This document shows positions 12,517-26,789 of a stretch of 64,000 bases of DNA, in pieces. Origin of the DNA: Lama guanicoe (taxonomy: Eukaryota); NCBI GenBank assembly GCA_013239625.1, contig MU053810.1, positions 1,685,518 through 1,749,517 on the forward strand, given 5' to 3'. Below the pieces are notes generated by a model. The model had not been told where the DNA came from. It was given only the letters and a program-made list of their open reading frames with translations, and ran no database searches. Numbering within the stretch: the stretch's first letter is position 1; every line of letters starts with the position of its first letter. Position numbers and translations under genes: made by a program.

Positions 12517-14419
12517 TCAGGAATAAATGACCAAATATTTTTTGTAACATTTGTGTGAGATTACAAAGTGTTGATTTCATGGTTTCCCTTTATGGTAACA
12601 AAGTTAATTTTCCCAGAGGGCAAATATTTTGAGAAACATTTGATCTCCAGAAAGTTCACAGATGCTAACATACACCTTCCAATGTTTTCTAACACTCCCT
12701 GGAAACACCGTCTTTATCACTTGAATCCTATTTGACAGTCTCTTTCTGAGTCTTTCCATCCCTGAACAACAGAGATAATAAACTCAAGTTGTTCACTTGT
12801 GAAAATAAAAAAGTTCTAATTCCAGCTTAGAATTCACTCTGTCCCTCTCCTGGCTTTGGATTTTAAGTAGTTCCTTCTCCTCACTGAATAGTCTTTATCA
12901 CTTTTTTTTCCTGAAAAAGAAATCCTCCGTTGCACTTCAACTCCATGTTTTTTCTTCCATTGCCCCTGGTTCAGTGGGAGAGTCTCCTGCGGGGCTCTTT
13001 AATGGCCATTTTCCTTCTTTAATCTCTCATATTTGTTCATCTGTAATAGGTTGGAAACCCTTAGAACAAGACTCCTGTTAGAAACTTATTTACAACATTT
13101 ATTCGGTTCTGTTTTATAGATTTTTAAGCACACCGATTTTATTGCTTTGTATTTATTTAACATTGTGTCAATACTTTATGCTGCCTTAGTTTATTCCAAA
13201 GAGAGATCTGCATGAAAGTTGGGAAGAAAATCTTTATCATGAAACATATTTGCTTTATCTCTACGTACTTGCTTGTGGAATACTAATGTTGCAGACAGAT
13301 ACATTGTCAGCAGAAAAGTAAATGCATTTGTCGTACATACTAGGTGCTCCTTCCAGTTTTGTTTAGATGACAGAAGCTCACAAGTCAAAATGCAGTGTGA
13401 CCCCTGAAGCGATTTTTTTCCAGCTCGCGGAAGAGTAGTTTAATCCATGCGTGTCATGCAGCCTCACCTTCTCTAGGGCAGAGATACAAATCCAGTTTCA
13501 TGGTTAAATTAGCAGGTAATCCCTGCCGTTTGTCGGCCTTGAAGTGGTGCTTCTCCGCCGAAGGAATCCGATTACGCCAGATCCCCAGGGCTTCTGCCGC
13601 AGTGCGCGTGGCCTTGATTCAGAGACAGCAAACTCAACGGGGAAACCGCAGTGATGGAAAACCACCAGAGGACCCTCTGGTTGTGATACCGAAAGCTGCA
13701 TACGAGTGGCGGAAATTGGATTAAATTGCTTGCACGCGTTTCATTCTGAAACTAGCCTTTAAGCCTAGAGTTGGCTTTTTCTCCACCAGTCTCCTCTTCT
13801 TACTAAACGGCACCATCAGCTTCCAGTCGACTCCTTCCTCAGCTCTTCCCGCTCCCATCTAACGAACTTTCTGCTCCTTGACTCTACTTCTGAAAAACTC
13901 TCTGATGCATCTGCCTCTCTCCACCTCCCTCCTAGTTTAAGCCCATTCCTTCTTCCCATGGATTATTGAAATAGTGAACCGTTCACCCTGTTTCAAGTAT
14001 GGTTCCTCCTTAATCATTTTCTATACTCTGCCTCAATGAACTTCTAAATAATGGAAATAGTTCAGCCATCCCCCAAGATACAGATAATGCAGAAAACATG
14101 TGTGTACCCAGTACGGGTTGAAGGGGGTAAAACAGACACAATTGGACTTCGCTGTGTGGGCTTCTCCACGCATGCTCCACTCTTCCTCTGGAAATAAACA
14201 CTCCCGAATGTGGGGTTTACCAGAATGCTTTCCCAGTAAAGCAGAGCTGGTTATGTCAAGTCTCTGCTTCAGCCCTTCCATGTGTTTCCATAGCCTTTGA
14301 AAAAAAAGTCTCCAGACTGTTGGTCCAGGGCTGAGCCACACACACCATTCTCCGTGCAGTCCAGAAGTTGTCTTCTCCCGCCTCGAACCCCAGCGCCTAG
14401 TGGAATTCCTCTGATGTAC

Positions 14420-14940
14420 CAAGCACCCAACAATTGCTTGCAGATTGGATGCGGACTTTGAAAGGACTGTCAGTCACTATGTTGAGACATAAACATGAAA
14501 AAGGTTTGGTCCCCATCCTCTGGAGTCTGTAACAGGTGATAAGGGAGGGGAACAGGCCATGGGATGGACGTGAAAATAAACAATCATAACTCAGTGTGAT
14601 AAGACCTATAATGGAAGTCTGGGTGAGCGCAGGAATGGAGCACCGAAGGGTGTAATCAGATCTTCTGGGGTTGGAGAGGATAAAAGAAGGCTTCACACAA
14701 GAAGAGACGTTTAAATTGAAGCTTGAAAAATGAATGGGATTTTTCAGGGCACAGAAGGAGGAAAGTGTATTTCAGGCAGAAAAAGCAGCATGTGAAAAAC
14801 GCATAAAACCCGTGGCCCCTGTGGAGAGCAAAGGAGCCGAAGCACAGGGTGCAGGTGGAGGAGAGGTGGGAGAGACAGGTGACAGTCTGGCAGGAAATGA
14901 AGCAGGGAGAGCTCTCTAGGGCAGGTTGTGACATTTGGAA
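14420..14940 (-). mobile_element. L2 LINE 3' region
   Basis: ggtccccatcctctggagtctg...gtgtgataagacctataatgga...aagaaggcttcaca...gaagcttgaaaaatgaatgggattt...tttcaggcagaaaaagcagcatgtg. Confidence 0.7.
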
Positions 14941-15506
14941 ATTCAACGATTCTCATTCTTGAAACCCAGTTTATTACTTCGATGCAAGAGACTCTGCCAA
15001 GCCAAGCAGCATGCATACAAAGATGAGGAATTTGACCCACCTATCCTTACAAGCTTACCTAACAAGGAGAAAAAACAAATCCACAATGCAATTTTTTTTA
15101 CCACTTTCTCCTCAAATATAAGCATCTCTGGAATGGCTGTATCTAAAGAAATTAAATTTTTATACATTTTTTTGTAAAGTCACTGGGTAGCACATAAGCA
15201 GGGGAGGCAGCATGTCACTCCAACACCTGCAGGGAGGTCAAGCTACAGAGGATGGCACGGCCATCTGAGGGGCAGTGGTGACCCATGTCCCCGAGATTTC
15301 AGCCTCCACTTCTTGCCAGATGGTATGGGTTTAGTGGAACACCTGGGCTGATCCTCTGCCCAAGGTCAGCAGAGAGTAGACACTCACTGCGGTGATTTCG
15401 GCTCCTTGTTGGTAACAGCAGAGAACCATTCTTTTTTTTTTTCAGCTTAAGAGGGATCATCTCCCTCAATAACATGTAACTACTCTTAGAGGGGATATCA
15501 TGATAA

Positions 15507-15644
15507 ACACAGGGAATTATATTCAATATCTTGTAATAATATTTAATGAAAATGAACATACATATGTATATGCATGACTGGGACATTATGCTGTACACCA
15601 GAAATTGACACATTGTAACTGACTGTACTTCAATTTAAAAAAAA
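15507..15644 (+). mobile_element. L1 3' end fragment
   Basis: cacagggaattatattcaatatcttgtaataat...gctgtacaccagaaattgacacattgtaactgactgtacttcaat then an A tail; homologous to the copies at 22.8, 31.4 and 49.3 kb. Confidence 0.8.
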
Positions 15645-17643
15645 GATTCTATACCATTCACACAGTAGTGCATAATAAATCATCAAACTTTCCTTAGAGA
15701 AGATTTCAATAGGAAGGAGAATGCCGATGGTCATTAGGTACCTGAATAGGGTTTTTGACCATGGCAATGTTGAAGCCTGAATAATGAACTCTAATAAATT
15801 TTGCCTATTTCTCCCCGTGCCTCCTGTATCTCAAATTTGTAGAAAGGTTAAAAAACATCATTAACTTTAACTTTAATAGATGTAAAGGGGCATTACTTTA
15901 GCCCTGGTGTCTGATTGAACACAGCTCGCCCTGGTTTTGTTGGGCTTTGGAGACCTGTACGAGGTGCCCTGTTACGGCTGGGTTATGTCATCAAGGCCAG
16001 ATTCACCTGCAGCCACCCTGACTGCTCCATTCACACACTGAACAGGTCCTGCAGATGAACGTCCAGGGAAAGGATTCTTCCCAGCATGGCGAACCTTTTC
16101 ATTCTCTGCCTTAGCAGACATAAAAGGGAAATAAAAGAAAAACCATCCGTTCGGCTCTAAGCTGTCTGAATCAGTTACACAAAAGTGCATTTGGGATCCG
16201 GGCTTTTGCCTCTTTCCCACAAAAGCTACATGTTAGAGGGCCAGGTTATCAATTACAGGATAGCTCCCGTGCCTTCCCGCCGTCACCTTTGAGAAGTGCC
16301 CCTTTTCAGCCTAAGACGAGGACACAGCTTTCCTCCCCCAGCCTTTTCAGCAGATGTAAATGTAAAGGTGTTGGGAAAAAAATCTCAGAACCTCTTTGAT
16401 GTTCCCTGGGAGGCAATACATGTTGCCACTGCACATGGAAGCTCTTTCGCTACTGGTCATAGCAGTTACCCTAAGAGCAGGATAGCATTATTCTTTCTCT
16501 CTGGGTGGTCCAGAGTTGTGGTTTTATCGCCTGCCTTTTGTTTGCTATGTACCCATTTCAGCTTGTTTCCCGTTCTGGTCAAAGGCCCAGCAAAATGAAA
16601 AGTAAATGAGCCACTTTTGCGAATAACATTTCCTACTGTTTTACTTGGGTTGTATAATCAGATGTTAAGATGTAATCAAAGTAAAGATTTTGAGAAGGGA
16701 ATGGAAAAATAATGTCTCTAATAAAGTAGCTAGAAAAGTAACGCATCAGGTATCTGGGGATTGATGGCTTGAGAGACATTTACCTATTTCTGTGTAAGGT
16801 GTGTATGAAGTAAGAATAAAATACATAGTCACATTTAAACAAATAGATATTGTTTGAACATAAAAAGTATCCATATTAGAATGTGTACAAATGCTTGAAT
16901 ATGTACTTAAGAATTTTAGAATCTACATAATCTTTGCAGTGATTCCCAAGGTTGAGAGAAAATGCTTTGCCAGTATTTTGATCAAAATAAATATATTTCA
17001 GTCAAATGTTTTCACAGTAAGATTATAGCAAGTAGAATCTCTTAACGTTTGGATTAGGATCTAACTTGTGAGATAAATGGTGATTCTAACCAAATCCTGC
17101 TCTTTTCAGCCTCAATGACCCTATCCCAAATGAATACAAGTAATTCTGTATAGTAACTCTGGTGGAAGAAAATATTTTCGAATAAATTCTCCCCTGAGTC
17201 ATCAGGGACGAGATGACCCTGAATAAATGAACTTGATTTTTGGGGGGTTGTTTATCTTTTCACTCAATGTGAGGGAAAGAATTGGGAGAGAATTACTAGG
17301 CGTGGATGTGGAAAGGTCTTAGGGCTTCTTTCAGTCTCTCACTGCTCTCTGTACTTATGGTGTTTCCTAAAATAGAGTTGATACATCTTATGTAAGAATA
17401 CATTATGTCTGTGGAAATAAATGCATTTTGTAAAAGCTCAATCTAGGTGGTATTAACCAAGATATTGATGGGCCTGTGCAACGGGGTCAGCAAAATGGGT
17501 AAAATCATGCTTAAAATGCTTCCAGACGAAGTAAGCAGATTGGATTTTACTGTGCTTTCTATTTTAAGATACTCTATATGTGTTTTGTATTGATTTACAA
17601 AAACTGATGTACTCTACGATGCTCCGCCTCTTGCTCTGTCTTT

Positions 17644-17772
17644 CTATATATGTGTATGTACATACACAGTATTTGTATATGTAATATATGTGTGTATATA
17701 CATATGTGTGTATATACATATGTGTATCTATGGGTGTGCATACACACAACACACACACACACATACGTATGT
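17644..17772. repeat. Compound (TA/TG/CA)n low-complexity microsatellite
   Basis: Alternating purine-pyrimidine tract ending in a (CA)n run. Confidence 0.85.
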
Positions 17773-20700
17773 AAAAACAACGCCAAGTGTGGTATAAATT
17801 CCATTCTTTTCTCAAATATAGTTAGTTTTTCTTTCAGCATCTACTGTTTTGAGTGTTCAAACTGTAGGGCACATTGGAAGTGCAAAGTGCAAACTGTAAA
17901 GTGACTATACAATTGGGTTAGTGCTCTTTTATTATGGTTATTTTGTCCCTCTCACTGAGCGCTCATCGGCCAACTCCTAAAACATCTGAGAAAATTAAGA
18001 TCACACCTCTGAGATTATAAAAAGGGCCCACGGCTCAAGAAGGTTGGAAATATCACAGAAGTACGAGCCTGACCACAGGACCGCGAAGATCAAGAGCAGA
18101 AGAGAGGAGTCAGTGCTGCAGAGCGAGCCTCCACGGACCTTTGATTTCAGAAGGATGTCAGAGCAATGCAGATGCTCAATGTGTGTGTGCTGCGTGGTGG
18201 AATTGCAGTCCCTTCTCACCAATCAGCGCACACAGCAATGTTGTTTAAAGGCAGTTAATTGTAGCCTAATTTTTGCAGCTCAATGCGAGGAAGTGATGAC
18301 ATGAGATTGGATCTTACAGCTTGTAAAAGATGAAGAACTCAGATCTGAGCCTTTCCATTACACTTTGCCTTTTCATGGAGAGAAATGCATGTGTATATAA
18401 CAGGTGTATTCATATATGTAACATATGTACACATACTATACTTGCACCACACTGTTTACCTAGGATCTATCTATCCATCTGAAACAGTATATATAACACT
18501 AGATTGGATGTGTAAGTTAAACGTTAAGGCATTAAAATTCAAACCATCTGAGGCAACAATTGGGATATTTTGGTTAAGCTGGAGAGAAAAGGGAGGGCCA
18601 GGCCTCTGGTTCGGGGCAGGTGGGGCAGTGCAGGTGGCTGTCTTCGGGAAGCAGAGCTCTCCGGCCCCTGCACAGCTTCTTCCCCATCTAGATGAATGCT
18701 GTTTCTCTGGCACTGGACAGGGGAGGACAATGAAGAGATTATCTGTACATCCAAGGCATCTTGTGACTCGACTTGGATGGATTCTGGTAACACTTGGGGC
18801 TGGGATTTCTCTCTTTCCTAGGAATGTGTAAACAGCGGTGGAGAACAAAAATGTTTCTTGGAGGAATGGTGGTGGGAAAGTGTAGTTATCCTTTCAGAAG
18901 TATGGAATAAAATTTGTTTTGGAAACTGGAGGCCAGATAGACTGCGAGTCTCGGCAAGAATCTAAATGAGGGTTTCTCTTGCTACATTTTTACTTTAAAT
19001 TTGCCTGATTTTTAAGGTAAGACATGCGGTGCTACAGCCTGTTCATAAGTACAGTCAGGTCTGATGGTGCAGAGGCTGCCTGATGTGGCCTCTTTACATT
19101 TGGAACTCTTCCTTCCAGGGCCATTTCTAGACATTTAAAAAAAAAATGGGTTTCAGTGATAGCTTTTAAATCCTTAGAAAAGAAAGGGACAATTTTCATT
19201 GTTTCTCAGAGTAGATGGGGCCCTGGAGGTGGAATGAAAGCCAGAGCAAGACATGAGCCCCACTCCGGTGCTCGGCAGTTTATAGGTCAGTAAATCAAGT
19301 ATTTGTCTTCTAGAAAGACTGCCCACAAGGAGCAGGGTCCAAGGTACTGGGTGGGATTCGAGATAAAGGCTTTGCAAACAGGACAGCATCCCCCCAAACC
19401 AAGCAGACCTCAGATGCTGGGGACTGACTCCCAGCTGTAATTTGGCTGCTGCACGTGAGTCCAGCATTTGGCAACAGGATCCCTGAATCCTCACACTAGG
19501 GCCAGAAGTAATTCAAAGCAACTGTCCCCTTTTTCACCTTGTAGGAGAAAGCTTTTAAAATATTCCCTGGATCCATCTGAATAGAGGGGACGAACTTGAT
19601 TTTCAAGTAAAAAGGAACAGCCCGGCCTCGTGGAAAGCATGTAGCTCATGCATTACCCAAAACCTGGGGGTGCCAGTCACTGCCTGCACCGTGAAAGGAC
19701 CTGTCTCTGGAAATCCCAGATGATCAGAAGCCTTGAGAAGGGAGGGAAGAGGGGAGCTGTTGACAGTGACAACTAAGAATTAACATGAGTCAAGAATGAG
19801 TGACATTGATTTATACGAGAAACAAGATGAAGAAGGCAAGAACTATCAACTTTGTTGATAGTTCACAGTGAAAATGAAAGGAGATTTTTGTCTCTTCCTT
19901 TCCTCACCTACACAATTCTGGCTCCTGTTCTTTCCTTCTGGAGTTGGAGAGAGGTACTTTATATCAACATGAATTTTATATTGGTACTTTCATGAACATA
20001 ATTTGTAGCCGATAACCAAGTTGTAACTGGTTGCTTTCTTCCCCAGAGGATGACTTTGTTGTAATTTGTAGTCCCCGTTGGTGCCTTAAGCCAATAAAAT
20101 AAAGGAGTCTATGAGATGAGATCTATGTTGACATATATATTTCCATATATAAAATATGATTGATATATGTCACCCTGACAGCTGGTTGGTATTGTAAAGG
20201 GAAGATATTTGATGATCGACAGTAGGATGGTTGCTTCCCAGGAGCCCATGGTCAGTAGGCTCTCGTGAACTTCAGAAATGCTTCTGCTTTTTTTTCTTTT
20301 TACTTTAACCATCTAGGCTGCATGTACAAACCAATATCCTCCCAGTGAACCGTGTGGTCTACTAGCAACAATTTTGCCCAGAGGAAGCCTGTTACACAAA
20401 ACCTATCATTGTACGGTTGCAGCTGGCAGACAGTTAGTTACCAGATAACTTACCACAACTTTAAATTTGCAGATTAGCAGTTGCTGCTACATGTGGTTTT
20501 ACTTAAAAGGCTGACTGAACTACAAACAAGTATTTGTCTGCAAGGGGATAGTTTATAGCATGTGAGAAGGTATTATGATCAAATGGCATTTGTGCAGAAT
20601 GTGAAGTTGAATTATGCTCAGATTTCATTTGTTTGCCTCCAGCCAGTTGTCCACCACAAACACAGAACAACTGATAAAACAGTAACTGCAAACGACACCC

Positions 20701-21451
20701 AGTTAAACAACTCAGTTCTTCATGAATAGATGGAACAGGTCATATATAAGGTTGATCAGGATGAGGAATCTGTTCTCTAAATCTTCATGGATGAAAGACC
20801 ATAAATTTCAGGTCTACTTGAGTAATGTGTAGGGGTCATAGTATACATGTCACAAGGATGACAACAGTGGCGTGCACTGTTGTCACTTGTCTCCTAAAGG
20901 CAGCATTTTCCTATGAATGTTCAGTGCCCTACAGGCATAGCCATGAGCTCCAATCTTTCCTCTGGGGTCAAAAATAACAACGGAAAGATGATGAAGGAGG
21001 ACATTGTATGTAGTCCTTTACACATTAAAGTTTCACAGAATGTTTCACAGGCAGCTACAGCCTCTTCATGCTTCCTTCATTTCCATGACTCTTGTAATTA
21101 AATCAAACAACCGTTTGCAACCAATAGGAAGCTGTTTATTTTTACAGGCTGTTTATTCCATCAGAATGTAAGGAAACATATATCAAATGTAGAACCTTGG
21201 ACATGAAGGCTTTTTTTAAATTCCCTGTTGTCTTGTAGTAAGGCTCAGTGGTGCAACTTAACCCAAAGTGAAATAATGCACAGAAACACAGATCATACCA
21301 TTTGAGTCGGAAGCACAATTTTGAAGTTATATAAACATCCCAGTGCAGGTGTCATCAACTATTGGGCAGAAAAGGCTTCAAGGGGTGAAAATTAGAGGGA
21401 ATTTAACTGATTGGTTGTTTTATGCAATGTTTTTGTTTGTTTGTTTTAAGC

Positions 21452-21590
21452 GCCGTCTTTGAGTGCTTTTTATGTATCAAATCATTCAACCAGCATGACA
21501 ATCCAATGATATTGGTGTGATTACTCCTCCATTTAGCAGACTGGGGAAGGAGGCACAGAGAGGTCAAGGGACTTACGTCACACAGCTAGG
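21452..21590 (-). mobile_element. MIR SINE
   Basis: gaggcacagagaggtcaagggacttacgtcacacagctag core. Confidence 0.65.
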
Positions 21591-22798
21591 AAATAATTTG
21601 ATTCCACTATTAAATAAATTCCCTAGTCATAAGTCACTCACTTACCAATTTGAGAGTCATTTGGTGGATTGCAATAGAGGAGCCTAATTTAAATCTATGT
21701 ATGCAATTTGCAATTATAAGAACAGAGGCTGAAGCAGTGCAATAGAAGTAGTAGGACTGGAGGTGACTGCCGCTCTGCTCTAAGGTAGAGGTGTGGGAAC
21801 TTTCACAGAGACAACAGGTCTTTTCCTCCTTAAACTCCTTGCTTAAGTATGAAATCCGATGAGGGAGGGCATATAGTTCTGGATACATAACGAATTCTAA
21901 AGTATCTTGTGAAGAGTTCATAAAATTTGGAATCAGAAGACTAATTCTAGCCATGTGGCTTTAAGCCAATTACCCAGCCTGATCACATATTTCATTTAAT
22001 AAATGGAAATAATAATAATAATAAAATTCCTTTCAAAGCTATTATAAGGATATGGTGAAAAGAATACATGAAATAATGTAATTGGTAAAGGTTATTTAGA
22101 TATTGGTTAATTTCACAGTCACGGTAGTTTATAGTCAGTAAATATGTAATTGTGGGTAATAAATATACAATGGTTGGGTAAAGGTTATTCATGTGAGGGC
22201 TTACGATGATAAAATCCTCAAATGACTTGATGAGGTTTACAGATTTAAAACTAGACTATTCGAGTGACTAGAGACCATCCACAGAATTAGCCCAAGGAGA
22301 TCCTTCAGGTGCAATGACAAAGCTCTGAACTTGACTTTAGGTTTACTGGTGAAGGCAAGAGAAATGCAGTGGGTAGCTATGATTTGAAATTCAAAAAGCA
22401 AAATGCATTTGCTTCTCTTATTTGGATCTTTTAAATGGAGGTATCTTTCTGGGTTCCAGACTACCCGGATAAGAACCACTTTTCTACAAATCTTACAACT
22501 AGGTAGACGAATGCTATTTAAACTAGAAGCATATAATGAGTAAAAGAGACATTTTGTGATTAGCTTCCGATGGCGATAACCAAATTTGAAAGAAAAAACA
22601 GTAAAAATATGTTGCCTAAAGTACCTGAAAAGGTGAAAGGCCAGAAAAATGAAATATTTTTTTCCTGTACAACTGGATATGCTCAAGACAACTAAAGAAA
22701 AGAGACAAGTATCTAAATGGGATACTGGTAGCTATGAGTGCCTTTGAAGATTTGGAAGTTTTATTCTATTAGAGGACTGTACTTTGCATAGTTGGCTC

Positions 22799-23127
22799 CT
22801 TTTTTGTGTATATATATATATACTTCAATAAATACGTATATAGCCAGTTTACAATGTTGTGTCAATTTCTGATATATAGCATAATGCTTCAGTCATACAT
22901 GAACATACATATATTCATTTTCATATACTTTTTACCATAAGTTACTACAAGATACTGAATATAGTTCCCTGTGCTATACAGTATGAATTTGTTGTTTATC
23001 TATTTTATATATAAAGCACAAATGAACTTATTTACAAAACAGAAATAGACTCACAGACATAGAAAACACACTTATGGTTACCGGAGGGAAGGGGATGGGA
23101 AGGGATACATTGGGAGTTCGAGATTTG
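22799..23127 (-). mobile_element. L1 3' end with a 5' inversion (minus 22799-23013, inverted part 23014-23127)
   Basis: Both segments occur collinearly in the + strand copy at 31212-31600 but lie in opposite orientations here. Degenerate TSD tagttggctcct/tagctggttctt. Confidence 0.8.
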
Positions 23128-23814
23128 TGTAGCTGGTTCTTACTCAACACCTGATCACACTTCTCTTCTTGCTCTCAGCAGGCCTGTAAGGTTTCTCTGC
23201 ACTCAGTTAGTAATCACTGCTGAAAAAGATGTTTTTAAAGTCTAGGAATGTAAGAACACGGTAGAGTCCATCACTACAGTCAAGCATTTTACTTCATGGT
23301 CACTGAGAACTAAACTAAGACAATGAAGGAATTGGCTTTCATATGGCTAAGGAAATAAGCAAGTATTCGCTGAATTAGCAAAATTAAGCTGACTCTGTGG
23401 AGTAGTGAGATTTTTGCATCCTTGCATTGGTTTTCACATTATCCTTGGTGGTGGTGGTAGATAAATAGCAGTGGCAGACATGTTAGTCATTATAGTAACT
23501 GTTTCTTGTTCATACTGGTTGTAGCAACTGGAATAATACTCATAAGAACAGGACTTATAATTTATTTTAATGTTACAATACCAGAAGAGTCAAGAATTGT
23601 AATTATAGCTTTTACACATTAACAAAGTCTTCCATCATTTTACTGAGGTCTTTGGGAAAAATTTGAGACTTTACCTTTGAAATCTGGGAAATTGTAGTTC
23701 TGGAAAACTTTTTCCTAATGAGAGGAAGCAGCAGATAATGATTCTGATGATATGAAAACTAGGTTATAGATAATGGACAGTAACGTTTTGCCCAATATAG
23801 GAACATTCAGGGAC

Positions 23815-23935
23815 AAATATATATAAAAATATATATATATTGATGTATGTTTATAAATATATATTTTACATATATTTATAAATATGTATTTATATGTATT
23901 TACTTATTTAAAATAAGTAAGATGTATGTATGTCT
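23815..23935. repeat. AT-rich (TA)n low-complexity tract
   Basis: Directly visible. Confidence 0.75.
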
Positions 23936-25910
23936 TCTTTATTTTAAAAACTAACAGTAGGAATTAAATATCTGAAATCATTGATGGCTCTGCGTTTTCA
24001 AGTCTTTTTTTCTAGGAAGTGCTGTTGCATTTTCTTAGAGTTGTTTTGATGAATGAATTTTGTATTGATTTAAAATTTTCTTACTGCCCTCTTTATTCTT
24101 TAAATCAATCAAGTTCTCTTATTAGTCCATGGAGAACTTAAAGCAGGGGAATAACTACCCAGAGCTATGGTCCCTAAAAGAACACTTTCAGGGTATAATT
24201 CAATCTTTTCCTTAAAAAAAATCATATTTATAGGATCTTTGTATCCATTTTAAAATTATAATTATAAAATTATAAAGGCATGCTGGTGAGGATAAAAGAA
24301 AAAAAAATAAATCACAGACCTTGAAAAGTGGTCACTCTTCATCTTTATAATTTAAGGATGTGATGTTGGACTTTGAACAGTAAGAGCTTGATTCTGAAAA
24401 TCTACAGGGAAATCAAATAAAAGCAATGACTGTTTCACCTTTTCATAATATCTTTTAGTATACTTGAGCTATATGAAATTGCAAACGGACAAAGTTCTGC
24501 TCAAGACATAGGGAATTTATTTTGAAAGGTATTTTTTGGCAAATGAAAAACAAAGAGTAACTGATGATTTAAACACATGCTAAAGATTTTACTTGTTTAA
24601 ATGCCTTTTTTAAAGGTGAATAGTTACAATTCAGTTATGCCTTTGATAAAAATATAAAGGAAGTCAGAGGAAAGAAGACATTGCTGGAAAGACGGAAATT
24701 AATATCAAAGTAAATAACTACAGATTTAATTCTCCAATAGCTTACCTAGAAATTACAATTGAGAATTTGAAACAATAAAGGGCATGATGCACCAGTGAAA
24801 CTTTTATTCAGACCACAAAGTGAAACAACAAAAGTTTTAACACTTTTAGAGGTTTAAATTCCACACAATTCTGTGTTTAAGAAAAAAAAATCCTGCTTGT
24901 TTTATTTTATTCGTCCTTGTGAAAATGGAAAAATGATCTGTAGTAACCCCAGATATGTAGTTAATTCATGATTGCCTAAACATCACAATTGCATCATCAC
25001 AAATAACTTGCTTTGAATTTTACTTTGTAATAATGCATGTGTGCTTGTGCATTTTTATAGATGCTTTTTCATTGTGGACTTCTTAGGTTAATATTAAAAA
25101 TCAGTATTCCCTGAGCTGAGTCTCTTTTCAGGCAGCTGAAGTCCTTGGAGGCAAGAAGCCAGTGTAGGATTAACAATTTGTCATGGATAATCCACAAAGT
25201 AAATAAACCCAGTGTGAATAATTGAAAGTGGGTAACACAGGAGCTATTGAAAGTTAATTCAAGACGAAGTTCTCCGTAGTAAATTCTCTTTCGTTATCCA
25301 ACAGCTGGAATAGGCTGGCATCGATAACCCTCTAAATAGCGAGGTATCTGTTGTACATTATCAATGTTTTACCATCGTATCTGCAGACAGATAGACTTTA
25401 CCTCCTTGATACGGTTCTACTTAAACAATCTGACAAATGTGCCATGGGTGTTAAGCCTCCTTTCAACTTTGACAAAAGTGGTTCAAAACGTTTTCTGCAT
25501 TTTAATATTCAAGATATGTATGTGTGATTTCTAACATGTCCTAAACTGAGATTAAGAAACTGCATTGAACATCGTGAAAATGCATTTTATTTGCAAACTG
25601 GACTTGCCTGTTTGGCTAGTGTTAAAATAACAAGGGATTACTAAAGGCATGTTTAATGTTTGAACTGCTTAAGAGAACTATATTAGGCTTTTCAGCCTAA
25701 CAATTTGTTCCAGATAATAGTCACTTTCCCACAATTAAAATTGTACATATTATAGATTTCTGATTTACCAGTCTGCATGGTGCTACCTACATCACACAAG
25801 AATTTGTCAGTTAATTCAGACCCAATTATTGCTGATCAGACATTGACATTGTTTCTTTTTGTTAGCTACTGTGATATTTTATTTTTGAAATGTGACTGAA
25901 GTTGCGTTGA

Positions 25911-26336
<426 letters not shown>

Positions 26337-26657
26337 TAAGTCAAAGGGAGGAAGCACGGGAAGTACCCACTGGCTCTTTTGGGCTCCAGGGAGGATGACA
26401 GTAAGCACCTAGATGTGTGCAGCTTCAGTGTGGGTATTTTCCCAGTTCGCCTGATATGTAACAGTCACTCAGCTGATTCTGAATTTCTCTTGAAAGAAAT
26501 TGCTCCATGTGTAGCTGTACATTCAGCGTATCCATAGGAGGAGGGAAAGTCAAGAGCCTCCTGTATCACCATCTTGGTCAAAAGATCTCATCAAGTTATA
26601 CTCAGCAGCACAGTAATGACAGTATTCTGTTCTCCTTCAATCACCTGGTTCAGGGAT

Positions 26658-26789
26658 TAACTCAGGAAGAGTCCAATGAAAGAAATGCATGGGGCAGGAG
26701 TGTGGGAAGGGGTGTGGAGTTTCCATGCCCTCTCTGGGCACTCTACTCTCCCAGCATCTCCACATCTCCACTAACCCGAAAGCTCCCTG
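26658..26789. mobile_element. MER21-type LTR fragment
   Basis: aatgcatggggcagg...gaaggggtgtggagtttccatgccctctctgggcac...ctcccagcatctccac...aacccgaaagctc matches the recalled MER21 core. Confidence 0.65.

Noticed and set aside
17564..17904. Cys/Tyr/His/Thr-rich ORFs on both strands
   Set aside because: Translations of the TA/TG/CA microsatellite.
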